A DNA stretch of 64,000 nt from Octopus sinensis (taxonomy: Eukaryota), in contig NC_043011.1 of the NCBI RefSeq assembly GCF_006345805.1, forward strand, positions 4,464,001-4,528,000, given 5' to 3'. Every line of letters starts with the position of its first letter. The first letter of the stretch is position 1. The notes beneath the pieces were generated by a model that saw only the letters and a program-made list of their open reading frames with translations, made no database searches and was not told the DNA's origin. This document shows, piece by piece, positions 1-13,894 of the stretch. The position numbers and the translations under genes were made by a program.

Positions 1-74
1 GTCCGCTGCCCTAACCACTGGTCCATTGTGCCTCCACATATATATATATATACACATACACACACATATATATA

Positions 75-850
75 TGGTGAGAATGGATGAAGATAGGTGT
101 GTGAAAAAGTGCCAATCCCTAGCAGTGGAGGGAACCCGTGGAAGAGGTAGACCCAGGAAAACTTGGGATGAGATGGTGAAGCACGACCTTCGAACTTTAG
201 GTCTCACTGAGGAAATGACCAGCAACCGAGACCTTTGGAAATTTGCTGTGTGTGAAAAGACCAGGCAGGACAAGTGAGTCCAGCCCACTTATGCATGCCT
301 TTCCTCCCTTGGACACACAAAGACCTGTTGAGGCAAGCGAAGTCGATATCGAACCTCATCCGACGACAGGCATCTATGCCAACCCCCCTTTGCTTGCGAA
401 GACCTGTTGGGGCAAGTGAAATCGGAATCGAAATTGAACCAATCCTATGACTGGCACCCGGTAGATACGTAAAAAGCACTATCCGAATTGTGGACGATGC
501 CAGCGCCGCTTCGACTGGCTTCCGTGTCGGTGGCACGTAAAAAGCACCATCCGAATCGTGGCCGAAGCCAGTGCCGCCTCGACTGGATTCCGTGCAGGTG
601 GCACGTAAAATGCACCAATCCGACCATGGCCGATGCCAGCCTCGCCTGGCATCAGTGCAGGTGGCACGTAAAAAGCACCCACTACACTCTCGGAGTGGTT
701 GGCATTAGGAAGGGCATCCAGCTGTAGAAACTTTGCCAGATAAGACCGGAGCCTGGTGCAGCCTTCTGGCTTCCCAGATCCCCGGTCAAACCGTCCAACC
801 CCTGCTAGCATGGAGAATGGACGTTAAACGATGATGATGATGATGATGAT
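75..850 (+). mobile_element. 5'-truncated copy of the same RTE lineage (last ~67 codons + modular 3' UTR + (GAT)n tail), flanked by (TA)n
   Basis: [42 protein letters not shown] matches the C-terminus of the 55415-57253 ORF; tail gttaaacgatgatgatg. Confidence 0.92.
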
Positions 851-1804
851 ATATATATATATATATGTTTGTACACATATATATAGAAGAGATATATATG
901 GGGTGGCTGGGTATTTGTACATACCCTTGCCCTGACATCATGTGATCATTGCAAACAAGCATTATCATGCAAGCAGTTTTAGTTGTTTCAAGTCTTGTGT
1001 AAAAAAAGAAGTCTGGCCATGGGGAAATATTTCCTTGTTTGGTAACAGGTGAGGGTTGGTGACAGGGAAGAGCATCCAGCCGTAGAAAATGGACTTTGGT
1101 CAATTCTGTCTGACGTTGATATTTATGTGTGGATGTGTGTATGTATGTTATATTTGTATTCACATATACATGTATTGTATACTCTTTTACCCTTTTACTT
1201 GTTTCAGTCATTTGACTGCGGCCATGCTGGAGCACCGCCTTTAATCGAGCAACTCAACCCCGGGACTTATTCTTTGTAAGCCCAGTACTTATTCTATCGG
1301 TCTCTTTTGCCGAACCACTAAGTGACGGGGACGTAAACACACCAGCATCGGTTGTCAAGCAATGCTAGGGGGACAAACACAGACACACAAACATACATGC
1401 ACACATATATATATATACATACATACGACAGGCTTCTTTCAGTTTCTGTCTACCAAATCCACTCACAAGGCTTTGGTCGGCCCGAGGCTATAGTAGAAGA
1501 CACTTGCCCAAGGTGCCACGCAGTGGGACTGAACCCGGTACCATGCGGTTGGTAAACAAGCTACTTACCACACAGCCACTCCTGTGCCTATGTATATTTA
1601 ACAATATGATAAATGGGATGAATGGTAAATTGGGTAAATGAGAAGAGAGGTCATACATCTTTAATTCACCAGTTTATTGTTAAAAGCTTGTAATAGACAC
1701 GACAGTCCAAAAGAGAAGAAGAAAAGAAGCAGAGTAATATCAGAAAGTTCTGTTCATAAAAGTGACTCAGTTGGATAGTTTCTGTTGTTGTGTGTAGATG
1801 TCAT

Positions 1805-1862
1805 GTATATATATTTATGTGTGTGTGTGTGTGAGTGTATAAATATAGGTATATATATATAG

Positions 1863-1934
<72 letters not shown>

Positions 1935-2051
1935 GTATAGATATATATCTATCTATCTCTCTCTATATATATGTATATATATGTGTGTGTGTGTGTGTGC
2001 ATATGTATATATACTTATATGTATACCTATATGTATAAATATATATATATT

Positions 2052-2123
<72 letters not shown>

Positions 2124-2151
2124 ATATATATGCATGTATGTATGTATATAC

Positions 2152-2195
<44 letters not shown>

Positions 2196-2235
2196 ATATA
2201 TATGCATGTATGTATGTATATACATATATATATAT

Positions 2236-2268
<33 letters not shown>

Positions 2269-2270
2269 TA
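1805..2270. repeat. Compound microsatellite (TA/TG/TATC/TC); further (TA)n tract at 2999-3200
   Basis: Direct reading. Confidence 0.95.
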
Positions 2271-2998
2271 CGGAGATGTACTCGCATAGCAAGTAATTTG
2301 ATCTGAGATCGTGTGCTGAAACAAAAACAATTGCAGCGTGGAAGGTGTTTATAAGCCATTTAAGAAACACACAAAAGCCGTTCGATTCACTTCAACATTT
2401 AAGTTTAATTTGTCAAAATATTTTCGTCACTAAAATCCGCGACCTGTTCACTGACAAAGTCAGTGCTGCATCTAAGAAAGTAACAGTTAGTTCGTCATAT
2501 ATATGTATGTATGTATGTGTGTATGTATGCATACATGTGTGTATGTATGTACGTATGCATGTACGTACATACGCCTGTGTATGCATGTATGTATGTATGT
2601 ATGTATGTATGTATGTATGTATGTATGCATGTATGTATGTATGTATGTATCGCTACAGGTTTATAGCTTTATGTTTTATAGAGTGTATGTGCGTGCATAT
2701 ACACACACATACATACATACATACATACATACATACATGCATACACAGGCGTATGTACGTACATGCATACGTACATACATACACACATGTATGCATACAT
2801 ACACACATACATACGTACATATATATGACGAAGTAACTGTTACTTTCTCAGATGCAGCACGCATTTTTGTCAGTGAACAGGTCGCAGATTTTAGCGACGA
2901 AAATATTTTAACAAATTAAACTTAAATGTTGAAGTGAATCGAACGGCTTTTGTGTGTTTCTTAAATGGCATATAAACACCTTCCACACTGCAATTGTT
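2271..2998 (-). mobile_element. Palindromic element family A: ~300-bp inverted arms (2326-2998) plus a one-sided ~55-bp tail (2271-2325)
   Basis: aacaattgcagcgtggaagg...ccttccacactgcaattgtt; the arms mirror even the internal (TATG)n pattern; flanked by (TA)n. Confidence 0.85.
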
Positions 2999-3121
2999 AT
3001 ATATATATATATATATACATACATATATATATATACATATATATATATACATATATATATATACATATATATATATACATATTATATATACATATATATA
3101 TATACATATATATATATATAC

Positions 3122-3180
<59 letters not shown>

Positions 3181-4099
3181 ATATACATATAAATATATAT
3201 GTATGTATCACACTGAGACCAACCATTAACAATGGGAAGGAATTACCTGAAGCAGGCTGGTTTTTATAGCAACACTGGTCTGTGCAAGTCACTTTTCTCC
3301 TTCCTGACCCACACATCCGAGCAATAACTTTTTCGTCCCTCACTTTCCCAAATGCCTTGCAGAAAGGGTTATAGCTCCAAAATATAGAAACACTTGGTAA
3401 AATTACAACTTTGCTTTGTTTTCTTTTCTTTCTGTTGTTTAATTTGTACCTTCTTGCATTGTTCCAGCCTTACACAACAAATATCTTTAATCTATCTATC
3501 TATCTATCTATCTAATCATCATCATCATCATTTAATATTTGGTTTCCATGCTGGCATGGGTTGGCCGATTTGACCAGAACTGACAAGCTGGATAGCTGCT
3601 CAGGTCCTTGTCTGATTTGGCTTGGTTTCTATGGCTAGATGCCCTTCCTAACACCAACATCTGTACAGAGTGTACTGGGTGTTTTTTTACATGACTCCAG
3701 TACCTGTGCATTTACATGGCCTGCCACAGCTGCTTTATATGTGACCTGGATCCTTTCAGATTTCATCTACCAAATTCACTACAATCTTTGGCCAGCCTAG
3801 GGCTACAGTAGGAGACTTTTGCCCAAGGTCCCACACAGTATTACCAAACACAAAACCATGTGGGTGGGAAGCACGTTTCTTAACTGCATACCAATGCACA
3901 TACAAATATGTGTATGTGCATTTGTAGAAAACAAAATATCCCTAAGCATAATGAGCAGACAAAGGCCTCAAGCACATGACAAATACTGAGTTTCACAATT
4001 TTTGATAATGTTTCATGATAACCCCTCATATATGACATTGCCAAAATTGTATCCCAAAAACTAGTTGAATGTGGTTTCCTTCAAAAGTCATGGGTCAGT

Positions 4100-5030
4100 T
4101 TCATCATCATCATCATCATTTAACATCCGTTGCTCATGCCGGCATGGGTTGGCCGGTTTTACTGGGCTGGCACGCTGGAAGACTGTGCCAGGCTCCAGTC
4201 TGATTTGGTATGGTTTTTTACGGATGCCTTTCCTAATGCCAACCACTCTGAGAGTGTAATGGGTGCTTTTACATGCCACCAGCATGGGTGCCAATTTGTG
4301 TGACACTAGTATCTGCCACGACTGCGATTTTGCTCAGCTTGATGGATCTTCTTCTCAAGCCACCTTGCCTCCATGAAGCCTGCTCAAAAGGAGCTCAGCC
4401 ACCTCGCCTGCATGAGGCCCAACACTCGAAAGGAACTCAGTCACTTTGCTTCCACCAGGCCCAACGCTCGAAAGGATCTTAGCCACTTTACCTCCAGCAG
4501 GTCCAATGCTTGAAAAGAACTCAACCACTATGCCTCCATGAGGCTCAGTGCTCGAAAGGAACTCAGCCACTTTGCTTCCATCAGGCCCAACGCTCGAAAG
4601 GATCTTAGCCACTTTACCTCTGAAATGCTTGAAAAGAACTCAGCCACTATGCCTCCATGAGGCTCAGTGCTCGAAAGGAACTCAGCCACTTTGCCTCCAT
4701 GAGGCTCAGTGCTCGAAAGGAACTCAGCCACTATGCCTCCATGAGGCTCAATGCTCGAAATGAACTCAGCCACTTTGCCTATGTGAGGCCCAACATTCAA
4801 AGGTCGAATTTTTACATGCCACTGGCAGAGCACATTGCCAAAAGTCTCAGTCACTAGTCATTGCCTCGGTGGGGTTCAAAGTTCAAAGGTCATGCTTCAC
4901 CACCTTGCCCCATGTCTTCCTGGGTCTACCTCTACTGCAGGTTCTCTACACAGAGATTGGCATTTCTTTACACAGCTGTCCTCGTCCATATGCAAGACTA
5001 TGATAAATGGTACTTGACTTGCCCAAATTG
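4100..5030 (-). mobile_element. Older RTE 3' end (ORF C-terminus at ~4830-5030, 42-bp minisatellite 3' UTR, (GAT)n tail at ~4100)
   Basis: Minus strand reads HMDEDSCVKKCQSL...[16 protein letters not shown] with frameshifts; tail catcatcatcatttaacatccg on +. Confidence 0.8.
4360..4800. repeat. Minisatellite, 42-bp unit, ~10 degenerate copies
   Basis: cagccactatgcctccatgaggctcagtgctcgaaaggaact recurs at 4641, 4683 and 4725, with diverged copies upstream. Confidence 0.9.
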
Positions 5031-6245
5031 TTGTAGAGCAGAATCAAAACCAGAACTACATGATTGTGTCATGAAGTTCTTAACCATATGGCACACTCAT
5101 GTATGTGTGTGTGTGTGGTGTTGGCAAGTTGCTGTGCTTGAGAAGACTCATCTATCTCAACTGAAATTGAGGTCCTAAAAGCATTATGCTCATGTATATG
5201 AACTCAATGGACCCAGTCCTTGGCAAAACTTCTCTGACTCTCATCTTCCTAACACCCATCCCTCCATCACTTTTCTCATTCCAGTATTTTCAGCTGCAGT
5301 AATCACATGATTGGAGAGCTGCATATATTTCATCTCCTTTTGGGATTTAGTCAACCCTCTCCCTGGAATCCCTTCCTTTTAACATCCTTACCTCATTCTC
5401 AACATTGCCATCACCATGTTTAACTGTTTGACTGAAGCACTTTTTCAGTAAATGCTTTTCCTGTGTGATGTCGAACATACATTCATCCATCAGAGCTAAA
5501 CAAAATACAAGTCCCTGCACAGCAAAGCACTCTGATAATGTCCAATTCATAAGCTCCAAAGTAAAGTGAATGCTGGCACATTGGTGCCAGAATTCTTGCA
5601 CAAAAGTTCAAAAAGGTCTAACGGTTTTTTGAGAGGTTGATAGACAGACAGACAGACACCAATACCTATTTCTTTGCTACCCACAAGGGGCTAAACACAG
5701 AGAGGACAGACAAGGACAGACAAACGGATTAAGTTGAATATATCGACCCCAGTGCGTAACTGGTACTCTTTTAATCGACCCCAAAAGGATGAAAGGCAAA
5801 GTCGACCTCGGCGGAATTTGAACTCAGAATGTAACAGCAGACGAAATACGGCTATGCATTTCGCCCGGCATGCTAACGTTTCTGCCAGTTCGCCGAATGC
5901 CTTATATTCTCTCAGTAGTTTTTCCCAGCTACTCAGATGAAGAAATGGTCAGAAGTACCACTGGTTTCAAGGAAGATGTCTACAGCCTGGAGTTTAGGAG
6001 TTATTGAGCATCTCAACAGCTGTTATGGTTTGAAAAGTATGTTTCAGCTTGCACAGTTCTCAATTCTGCAGATGGACAATTCTCAATTGTATTTCTGATG
6101 ATAAACTTTTTTTTAATTATGCATCCCAACAGATTTTTACGATAATATAATCAACTAGTTATTAATAGTTTGTCATACTTATATAAAGTATAATAACAAA
6201 TATAAGTGGCACCACTGCCTGTGTATGTATGTAGTGTATGTAAAT

Positions 6246-6289
<44 letters not shown>

Positions 6290-6291
<2 letters not shown>

Positions 6292-6495
6292 GTTAATCCA
6301 AACAAGAAAACACAAAAAAACACAGCAATGCGAGGACGTGGAACAAATATAGTATTACTGGACGCTCAGGAAAGAAGGGAAGAAGGAGGGTTTAACATTT
6401 CGAGCAGAGCTCTTCGTCGGAAACAAAGGAGAAGGAAAGATCCCGAGAAGGGAAGACAGAGGAAAAAAAAATTGCTGGCGGTGCTCACGAGGTCA
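6290..6495 (-). mobile_element. ~200-bp (TA)n-inserted repeat with hammerhead-like core (copy 1; core 6390-6424)
   Basis: Minus strand: gttt CCGACGA a gagc-tct-gctc GAAA tgtt aaac. Confidence 0.7.
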
Positions 6496-7044
6496 TATGT
6501 ATATATATATATATATGTAGGTCCCGGGTTGATTCGGTAAATAAGGTACTCAATACATAGCAGAGTAAAATTAATTTATTATATAGAAGGAGCTTCTACA
6601 GGACTAGAACTGTTTCATTCACATACATGTGTATATATGTGTACTCTTTTACTTGTTTCAGTCATTGTTTTACTGTGGCCATGCTGGAGCATGCCTTTTA
6701 TTTGAAGAGATCGACCCGTAGACTTATTCCTTGTAAGCCTGGTACTTATTTTATCATTCTCTTTTGCCGAACCGCTAAGTTACAGGGACATAAACATCCC
6801 AAGATTGATTATCAAGCAATGGTGGAAGGATAAACACAGACACAAGCATACAAATATATACATATATATATATACATACACACAACAGGCTTCTTTCAGT
6901 TTCCATCTACCAAATCTACTCACAAGGCTTCAGTCGGCCTGATGCTATTGTAGAAGACACTTACCCAAGGTGCCACACAGTAGGACTGAACCCAGAACCA
7001 TGTAATTGTGTAGCAACCGTCTTACCACACAGCCACATGTATGT

Positions 7045-7077
<33 letters not shown>

Positions 7078-7596
7078 CATACACACACACACACACACAC
7101 AAACACATATAATATAAATGTAAATTGATAATGTACACTAATTGCCATGTTACTAAAAATGTGTTTCTCTAATTAGATGCTACATTGATTTTCTGGGGTT
7201 ATTTTTCTGCAGAATTCAGTAAATGATGCAACTGTAATATTTATACTATATTTAATTCTTCCACACGACGAGATTTAAGATAAATGCTTTAAATGTACAT
7301 CATTTATAAATCTCTTCAAACTGCTCCATCTTGCTGCTAGGAACCCTGCTTGCAATTAATGTTTTCCTCTGCATCTGGATACGTCATTGCGGGAGGCAGT
7401 GTTTGTAAATACAGTCTTTCAGGCTAATCATTGAGGCCCTCCATCAAGCTACGTTGTTTCTAGCGCATCAGAAGCTGATTAATGGTTTTCATTTGTCATA
7501 AGTTAATTTAGGCTGATGGGGAAAAATGACAACCGTAATTACTTAACTCTCTGCATGCAATATATTTCAAGCTTATTTGCATATATATATATACGT

Positions 7597-8010
7597 AGGC
7601 GCAGGAGTGGCTGTGTGGTAAGTAGCTTGTTTACCAACCACATGGTTCTGGGTTCAATCCCACTTGTGGCATCTTGGGCAAGTGTCTTCTGCTATAGCCC
7701 CGGGCCGACCAAAGCCTTGTGAGTAGATTTGGTAGACGGAAACTGAAAGAAGCCTGTCGTATATATGTATATATATATATATGCGTGTGTGTGTTTGTGT
7801 GTCTGTGTTTGTCCCCCTAGCATTGCTTGACAACCGATGCTGGTGTGTGTTTACGTCCCCGTCACTTAGCGGTTCGGCAAAAGAGACCGATAGAATAAGT
7901 ACTGGACTTACAAAGAATAAGTCCCGGAGTTGATCTGCTCAACTAAAGGCGGTGCTCCAGCATGGCCACAGTCAAATGACTGAAACAAGTAAAAGAGTAA
8001 AGAGTAAGAG
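7597..8010 (+). mobile_element. tRNA-derived SINE family A (~410 bp), representative copy. Others: 1180-1589(-), 6643-7037(-), 11248-11655(+), 18665-19095(+), 24139-24538(+), 26045-26478(-), 28246-28575 (fold-back), 29827-30242(+), 35325-35712(-), 37522-37942(-), 43200-43605(+), 45113-45538(-), 51170-51560(+), 51560-51875(-), 61567-61952(-)
   Basis: A-box tggctgtgtgg, B-box ggttca(a/g)tccc, internal (TA)n(TG)n, 3' aagtaaaagagtaaa repeats; copies highly similar. Confidence 0.92.
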
Positions 8011-8364
8011 AGTATGCATGCATACATGTGTGTGTGTGTGCGTGCGTGTGTGTGTGTGTGTGTTTATTTATGTGAGTTTGTACGTTTGCATAGTCTTCTA
8101 GTTTTATTGCTGAAATTTCTCAGCATTGAGAAACGAGCTCGTTACTAACTGAGAAATATAGCTTTTCCATTAGAATTAAAACGACATCAACAGGATAGCT
8201 GTGCATGTATTTGTTTGGGGTTTATTTGAGATTTATTAACTGCAGCATTCAAAGCCAACAACACTATGTATGTGTGTACATATGTATACATGCACACAAG
8301 CATCCACGCTTGCATATATGTACACTTGTATACTTGTGTGCAAGTATGTCATTATATGTGTGGC

Positions 8365-8735
8365 TATGTATGTATGTGTGTGTGTGTGTGTATGTAAGTA
8401 TGTATGTATGTATGTAAGTATGTATGTATGTATGTATGTATGTATGTCTGTATGTATGTATGTATGCATGTATGTCTATGTATGTATGTATGTATGTCTG
8501 TATCTATGTGTGTATGTATGTGTGTGTGTGTATGTATGTATGTATGTATGCATGCATGCATGTATGTATGTATGTATGTATGTATGTAAGTATGTATGTA
8601 TGTAAGTATGTATGTCTGTATGTATGTATGTATGTATGTTTGTATGTCTGTATGTATGTATGTATGTATATAATTATGTATGTATGTATGTATGTGTGTA
8701 TGTATGTATGTATGTATGTATGTGTGTACGTATGA
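8365..8735. repeat. (TATG)n compound microsatellite
   Basis: Direct reading. Confidence 0.95.
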
Positions 8736-9653
8736 TTTATTTATTTCTCTTCCTGATTGGAGTTTTAGAGTTTGTGTTGACTGGCTGCCTGCACAGTGAC
8801 TAAGTTGTAAAAAAAAACATTTTTATTTAAAGGTTCAAGTGAATGTAGGACAGGAGGCTGGGAATGGGGGAATGGTTACATTTAACACCTTTGCAAATTA
8901 CTTCCCTACAGCAGATTTTTACCTGATCTTTCAATCTTCGTTTTTTTCTATTTTGGATGCCGTCATCATAAAATTCACCAGTCATTACCATAGAGTTGGT
9001 GTGCTGAATGTCTGAAACATGCTTTTCATCACTTGGATGGATGGAAACACTCCGTCGGTTACGACGACGAAGGTTCCGGTTAATCCGAATCAACGGAACA
9101 GCTTGCTCGTGAAATTAACGTGTAAGTGGCTGAGCACTCCACAGACACGTGCACCCTTAACGTAGTTCTCGGGGATATTCAGCGTGACACAGAGAGTGAC
9201 AAGGCTAGCCCTTTGAAATACAGGTACAACAGAAACAGGAAGTAAGAGTGAGAGAAAGTTGTGGTGAAAGAGTACAGCAGGGATCACCACCACCCCCTGC
9301 CGGAGCCTCGTGGAGCTTTAGGTGTTTTCGCTCTATAAACACTCACAACGCCCGGTCTGGGAATCGAAACCGCGATCCTATGACCACGAGTCCGCTGCCC
9401 TAACCACTGGGCCATTGCGCCTCCACTGTTATATTTAATTATTCTTATGAAACTATATTATAGAGCATGTATAAAACACGGATGCTAATTTTTAATTGCT
9501 ACAAGGATTTCTGCATGTTGCAACTTGTTGCATGTCAGATTTATGCTAGGATCTCCAGTATTGCCTGAGAACTAAAACACTAAATTGACGGACAATTTGC
9601 TAAATTTACTTCTTAAAATTTGATTTGCTTTTCATTAACCCTCTGTGAAAGGA

Positions 9654-9702
<49 letters not shown>

Positions 9703-9849
9703 TACAAGCATGCACATATGCTTACATATGTATGTGCATACATCTATACATACATGTGTACATAGTGTGTTCCTAGAAAGCTTCAAATAACAGCAACATT
9801 GGCAATCAGAGTAGCCTATCCTCGGCTAGCAATCAGGATATGAACTCTC

Positions 9850-10260
9850 ATTTCGAAGTACGTATTTTTGTAATACAGGAGCGAGATATACCATCCCTGA
9901 GAACCATTGAGAAGCATGAGATGGTACCATCATGTTTACAACAAAGAACTGCATGCACACGTGCATCAGCCTGCAGCCTCCCACCTCATAGCTATTCGTT
10001 GCATGTGCTGGCATGGACATGTCCTCCATCTCCCACCAGACCATGCTACCAGGGCTTTACTCTCATTTGACACAGTCGCTGTAGGCTTGAAGAATCCCCC
10101 ATGGCAAGCCCTACACCAGATGGCTGGATGCAATTGGGGAGGCCCACCAGAGGCTCAGAGTCGCCTTGGAGGATGCAGAGGGGATGGCATGGGACCACCT
10201 GTGACGGAGAGCACTAGTGGACCTGGTCAGCTCTACACATGATGACATCTCTAGGACCAC
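9850..10260 (+). mobile_element. Degraded RTE C-terminal relic
   Basis: WHGHVLHLPPDHATRAL...; frameshifted KP.TRWLD-like motif. Confidence 0.6.
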
Positions 10261-11783
10261 TAACCTGGGATGACCCCAGCACCATCAAACAAGAGCATGA
10301 AGTAGAAGCAGCAGCAGAAGATGCAGGCTGTTTAGAGTTAACACTGAGGCTGTTGTTCACAGCATAAGTAACTTGTCTTAAAATGTCATCACACTATTGT
10401 CTGCCTATGAGAATTGATGTTGTATTTAGAACATTGCATTACTAAATCCATAGAAAGGATAATACTGAACAAAGAAGCTGTAGTGAGGTGGAGGGCATAA
10501 CTACATAATATATGAGAGAACGCTGATGGAGTATACCTGTCGAGATGTCTATAAAATGTAAGCCTAACTGACCAGATATAATGATCTAGGACATAGAAAA
10601 GAAATTGAGCTCAGTTGGTGAAATTAGTTGTCCAGCATATGTTAATATTGGTTTCAAATTTTGGCTCATAGCTAGCAATTTTGGATTACATTGACCTCAG
10701 TGCTCAACTGGTACTTATTTTATTGACCACAAAAGGATGAAAGGCAAAGTCAACCTAAATGGAATTTGGACTCAGAACTTAAAAATGGATAAAATACCTC
10801 TCAGCATTTTGCATAGTGTGCTAATGATTCTGTTAGCTTGCTGCCTTATGTGAGAAGATAATGTTGGTTCCAAATTTTGGACCAAGGCCAGAAATTTCAG
10901 GGAAGTGGGTAAGTTGATTACATCAACCCCAGTGCTCGAAGAAAAGCAAAGTTGACCATGGTGGAATTTGAACTCCGGATGTAAAAGTGCTAATGATACT
11001 GCCAGGTCACCACCTTAACATAGCATTAAAGATTAGTGAGAAAGAAAATCATCTATGCTGAACCGGAAAGAAATATGCTTTTACTCCATCCAGACTATAT
11101 TTTTAAACTTCTGTAATTATTGGAGCATGTGACTAATTGCCTCAGTACTAATTTTGTAAAATTATGTTTCACAAAATCATAAAGTGCATACTTTACCGAA
11201 AGATTACAGCTAAATGCTGTTGCAGAAGAAATTCATAAAGTAAAACCAGGCGCAGGAGTGGCTGTGTGGTAAGTAGCTTGCTAACCAACCACATGGTTCT
11301 GGGTTCAGTCCCACTGCATGGCATCTTGGGCAAGTGTCTTCTGCTATAGCCCCGGGCTGACCAATGCCTTGTGAGTGGATTTGGTAGATGGAAACTGAAA
11401 GAAGCCTGTCGTATATATGTATACATATGTATATATATGTGTGTGTGTTTGTGTGTGTGTTTGTCCCCCTAGCATTGCTTGACAACTGATGCTGGTGTGT
11501 TTACGTCCCCGTCACTTAGCGGTTCGGCAAAAGAGACCGATAGAATAAGTACTGGGCTTACAAAGAATAAGTCCTGGGGTTGATTTGCTCGACTAAAAAG
11601 GCGGTGCTCCAGCATGGCCGCAGTCAAAATGACTGAAACAAGTAAAAGAGTAAAAATGAGTAAAGAAACATATCTACGTGCATACATAAGTATGTATATA
11701 CTTACATACATATATACATATCTACCTACATACGTACATTCATTATATAAAGTAAACTCACACACACATACACGTGCTCGTGT

Positions 11784-11820
<37 letters not shown>

Positions 11821-12226
11821 CCTATACTAAAATATATTCCTTTTAAAACATATAAACATAAAATATATTTGATACAGATATCCATATGAACACTTGCAAC
11901 AAATTGTGTGTGTGTGAAATGTTATATCTGCAAAAACACTTAGGACATAAACATATATGTATTATGATTATGGAATGAGAAGGAGAGGAGTGCCTGCCTG
12001 GGGTGATTTTTGTGTTAGAGGGTTCAAAGTGTGTGAGGTTTGTTTGGTCACCTCTTGGTGGAACTCCCCTACCCTGTTGGAGAAGTATTTTGTTGATTTA
12101 ATCTCCTTCTTAATTGTTGTTTTTTTTTCTTTCAAGTCAATAGAGACATACATTTATGTATGTCTGTATTGACATGAAAGAAAAATTTCTTTTCAGAACT
12201 CCTCTATTACATATCATTTTTGCCCA

Positions 12227-12520
12227 TAAACGTGGCCGTTGCCAGCGCCGCGTTGGCTGGCTTCTGTGCCGGTGGCACGTTAAAAGCTCCAACCGATCGT
12301 GGCCGATGCCGGACCCCCCTGGCACCTGTGCAGGTGGCACGTAAAAAGCACCCACTAACTCGCGGAGTGGTTGGCGTTAGGAAGGGCATCCAGCTGTAGA
12401 AACACTGCCAGATCAGACTGGAGCCTGGTGCAGCCCCTGGCTTCCCAGACCCCCGGTCGAACCGTCCAACCGGTGCTAGCGCGAAAACGGACGTTAAACG
12501 ATGATGATGATGATGATGAA
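12227..12520 (+). mobile_element. Short RTE 3'-tail copy; similar copies at ~3515-3760(-), 18135-18400(-), 20415-20580(-), 27440-27690(-) and 46452-46760(-)
   Basis: Shared block gttggcgttaggaagggcatccagctgtagaaac...ccgtccaac...cggacgttaaacgatgatg, as at 59390-59556. Confidence 0.85.
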
Positions 12521-13856
12521 TTCGCCTTTCGACAGCCATTTAACTGTTATCAAATCAAGATTTGCGAACTAATCACATGGCACTCCTCCTCAGTGGCACA
12601 TTGATTACCAATTGATTCATCATGTTAATGCAGTATTTAGTTTCTTGCAATGCTCTACACAAACTCTTGTTCTATTCATCCAAGCTGGTGTGCTTGCTGA
12701 ACATTAACCACAGGTGGATATGAAAGCCACAGGGAGCTTACTTCTTTTTTAATAGAAGTAGTTTTTATTTCAGCAAACTTGAGAGTTCTGAGTAAAATTA
12801 GCTGGTATTTGTTTAATTTGTGGGGAACATATGTAAATAGTGAGTACTAAATATTCACAGTGAAGGCACATGGCACAATGGTTAGAGCATCGAGCTTACG
12901 ATCGTGAGGTGATGAGTTCGAATCCTGGACCAAGCTGCGTGTTGTTTTTTTGAGCAAGGTACTTTATTCCACGTTGTTCCAGTTCACTCAGCTGTAGTAA
13001 TGAGTTCTGGTATCACAGGTGCCGAGCTGTATCAGCCTTTGCCTTTCCCTAATGTAATCTCCAGGGATACAGGCATCCAGCAACAGGACCTCTGTAATGC
13101 TATGATGGACCGTGAAGTCTGGCGTAGCATGGTAAATTCCATTGTCTCGACCACGGTCAAACAATGATGATGATTGCCTTTCCCTTGGATAACACTGGTG
13201 GCGTGGAGAGGGAAGGCCGGTATGCATGGGCGACTGCTGGTCTTCCATAAAAACAACCTTGCCCGGAATTGTGCCTGGGAGGATAACTTTATTGGTGCAA
13301 TCCCATGGTCTGTGTCATGACCGAAGGGGATCTCAGAAATATTCACACTTAAGTGTTTGTGTGTGTGTGAGAGAGAGAGATGGAGAGAGAGTGTGTGTGT
13401 TTTATGTTATTCTTTATCTCTGATTCCCACTTTATCCTATAGACCTATGAGTAAATGAGTTCAAGCCATAATCATCCCACCTCTTTCATTGTTTTTGCCT
13501 TAGTGTATTGGAAACTATTATTATCCAGTGTGTTGTGTATATATTTAAACCAGCAATGTGTGATGTGAGGGAGATTTAGTTACCCTTTCCAGCAGATAGA
13601 GTGATGACATAGAGGCACCTTCAGATAGACTCTTATCAATCCTGAAAAATGTAATAATAATAATAATCCTTTCTACTATAGGCACAAGGCCTGAAATTTT
13701 GTGGTGGGGAGGGGTGGATTTACATCAACCTCAGTGCGTAATTGGTACTTAATGTATTGGACCCTGGTGGTATTTGAACTCAGAATGAAAAGACAGACAA
13801 AATACCACTAAGCATTTCACCTGAAATGCTAACAATTCTGCCAGCTCACTGCCTTA

Positions 13857-13894
<38 letters not shown>

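Noticed and set aside
1835-3343. Many ORF-track peptides rich in YI/CV/HT (also 8205-8803, 34139-34553 and others)
   Set aside because: They are translations of dinucleotide and tetranucleotide microsatellites, with no coding features
4360-4800. 42-bp array resembling a CRISPR array or a hammerhead repeat (gag...gctcgaaa), with 14-aa repeat ORFs
   Set aside because: No unique spacers or cas genes, and no CUGANGA core; it sits in an RTE 3' UTR
6520-6625. Minus-strand gaaac...gtc next to the hammerhead-family copy
   Set aside because: No upstream CUGANGA or stem II; at most a truncated repeat end
8827-9093. 88-aa minus-strand ORF with a KKRR motif
   Set aside because: It starts inside a SINE tail, with no recognisable homology or good splice sites
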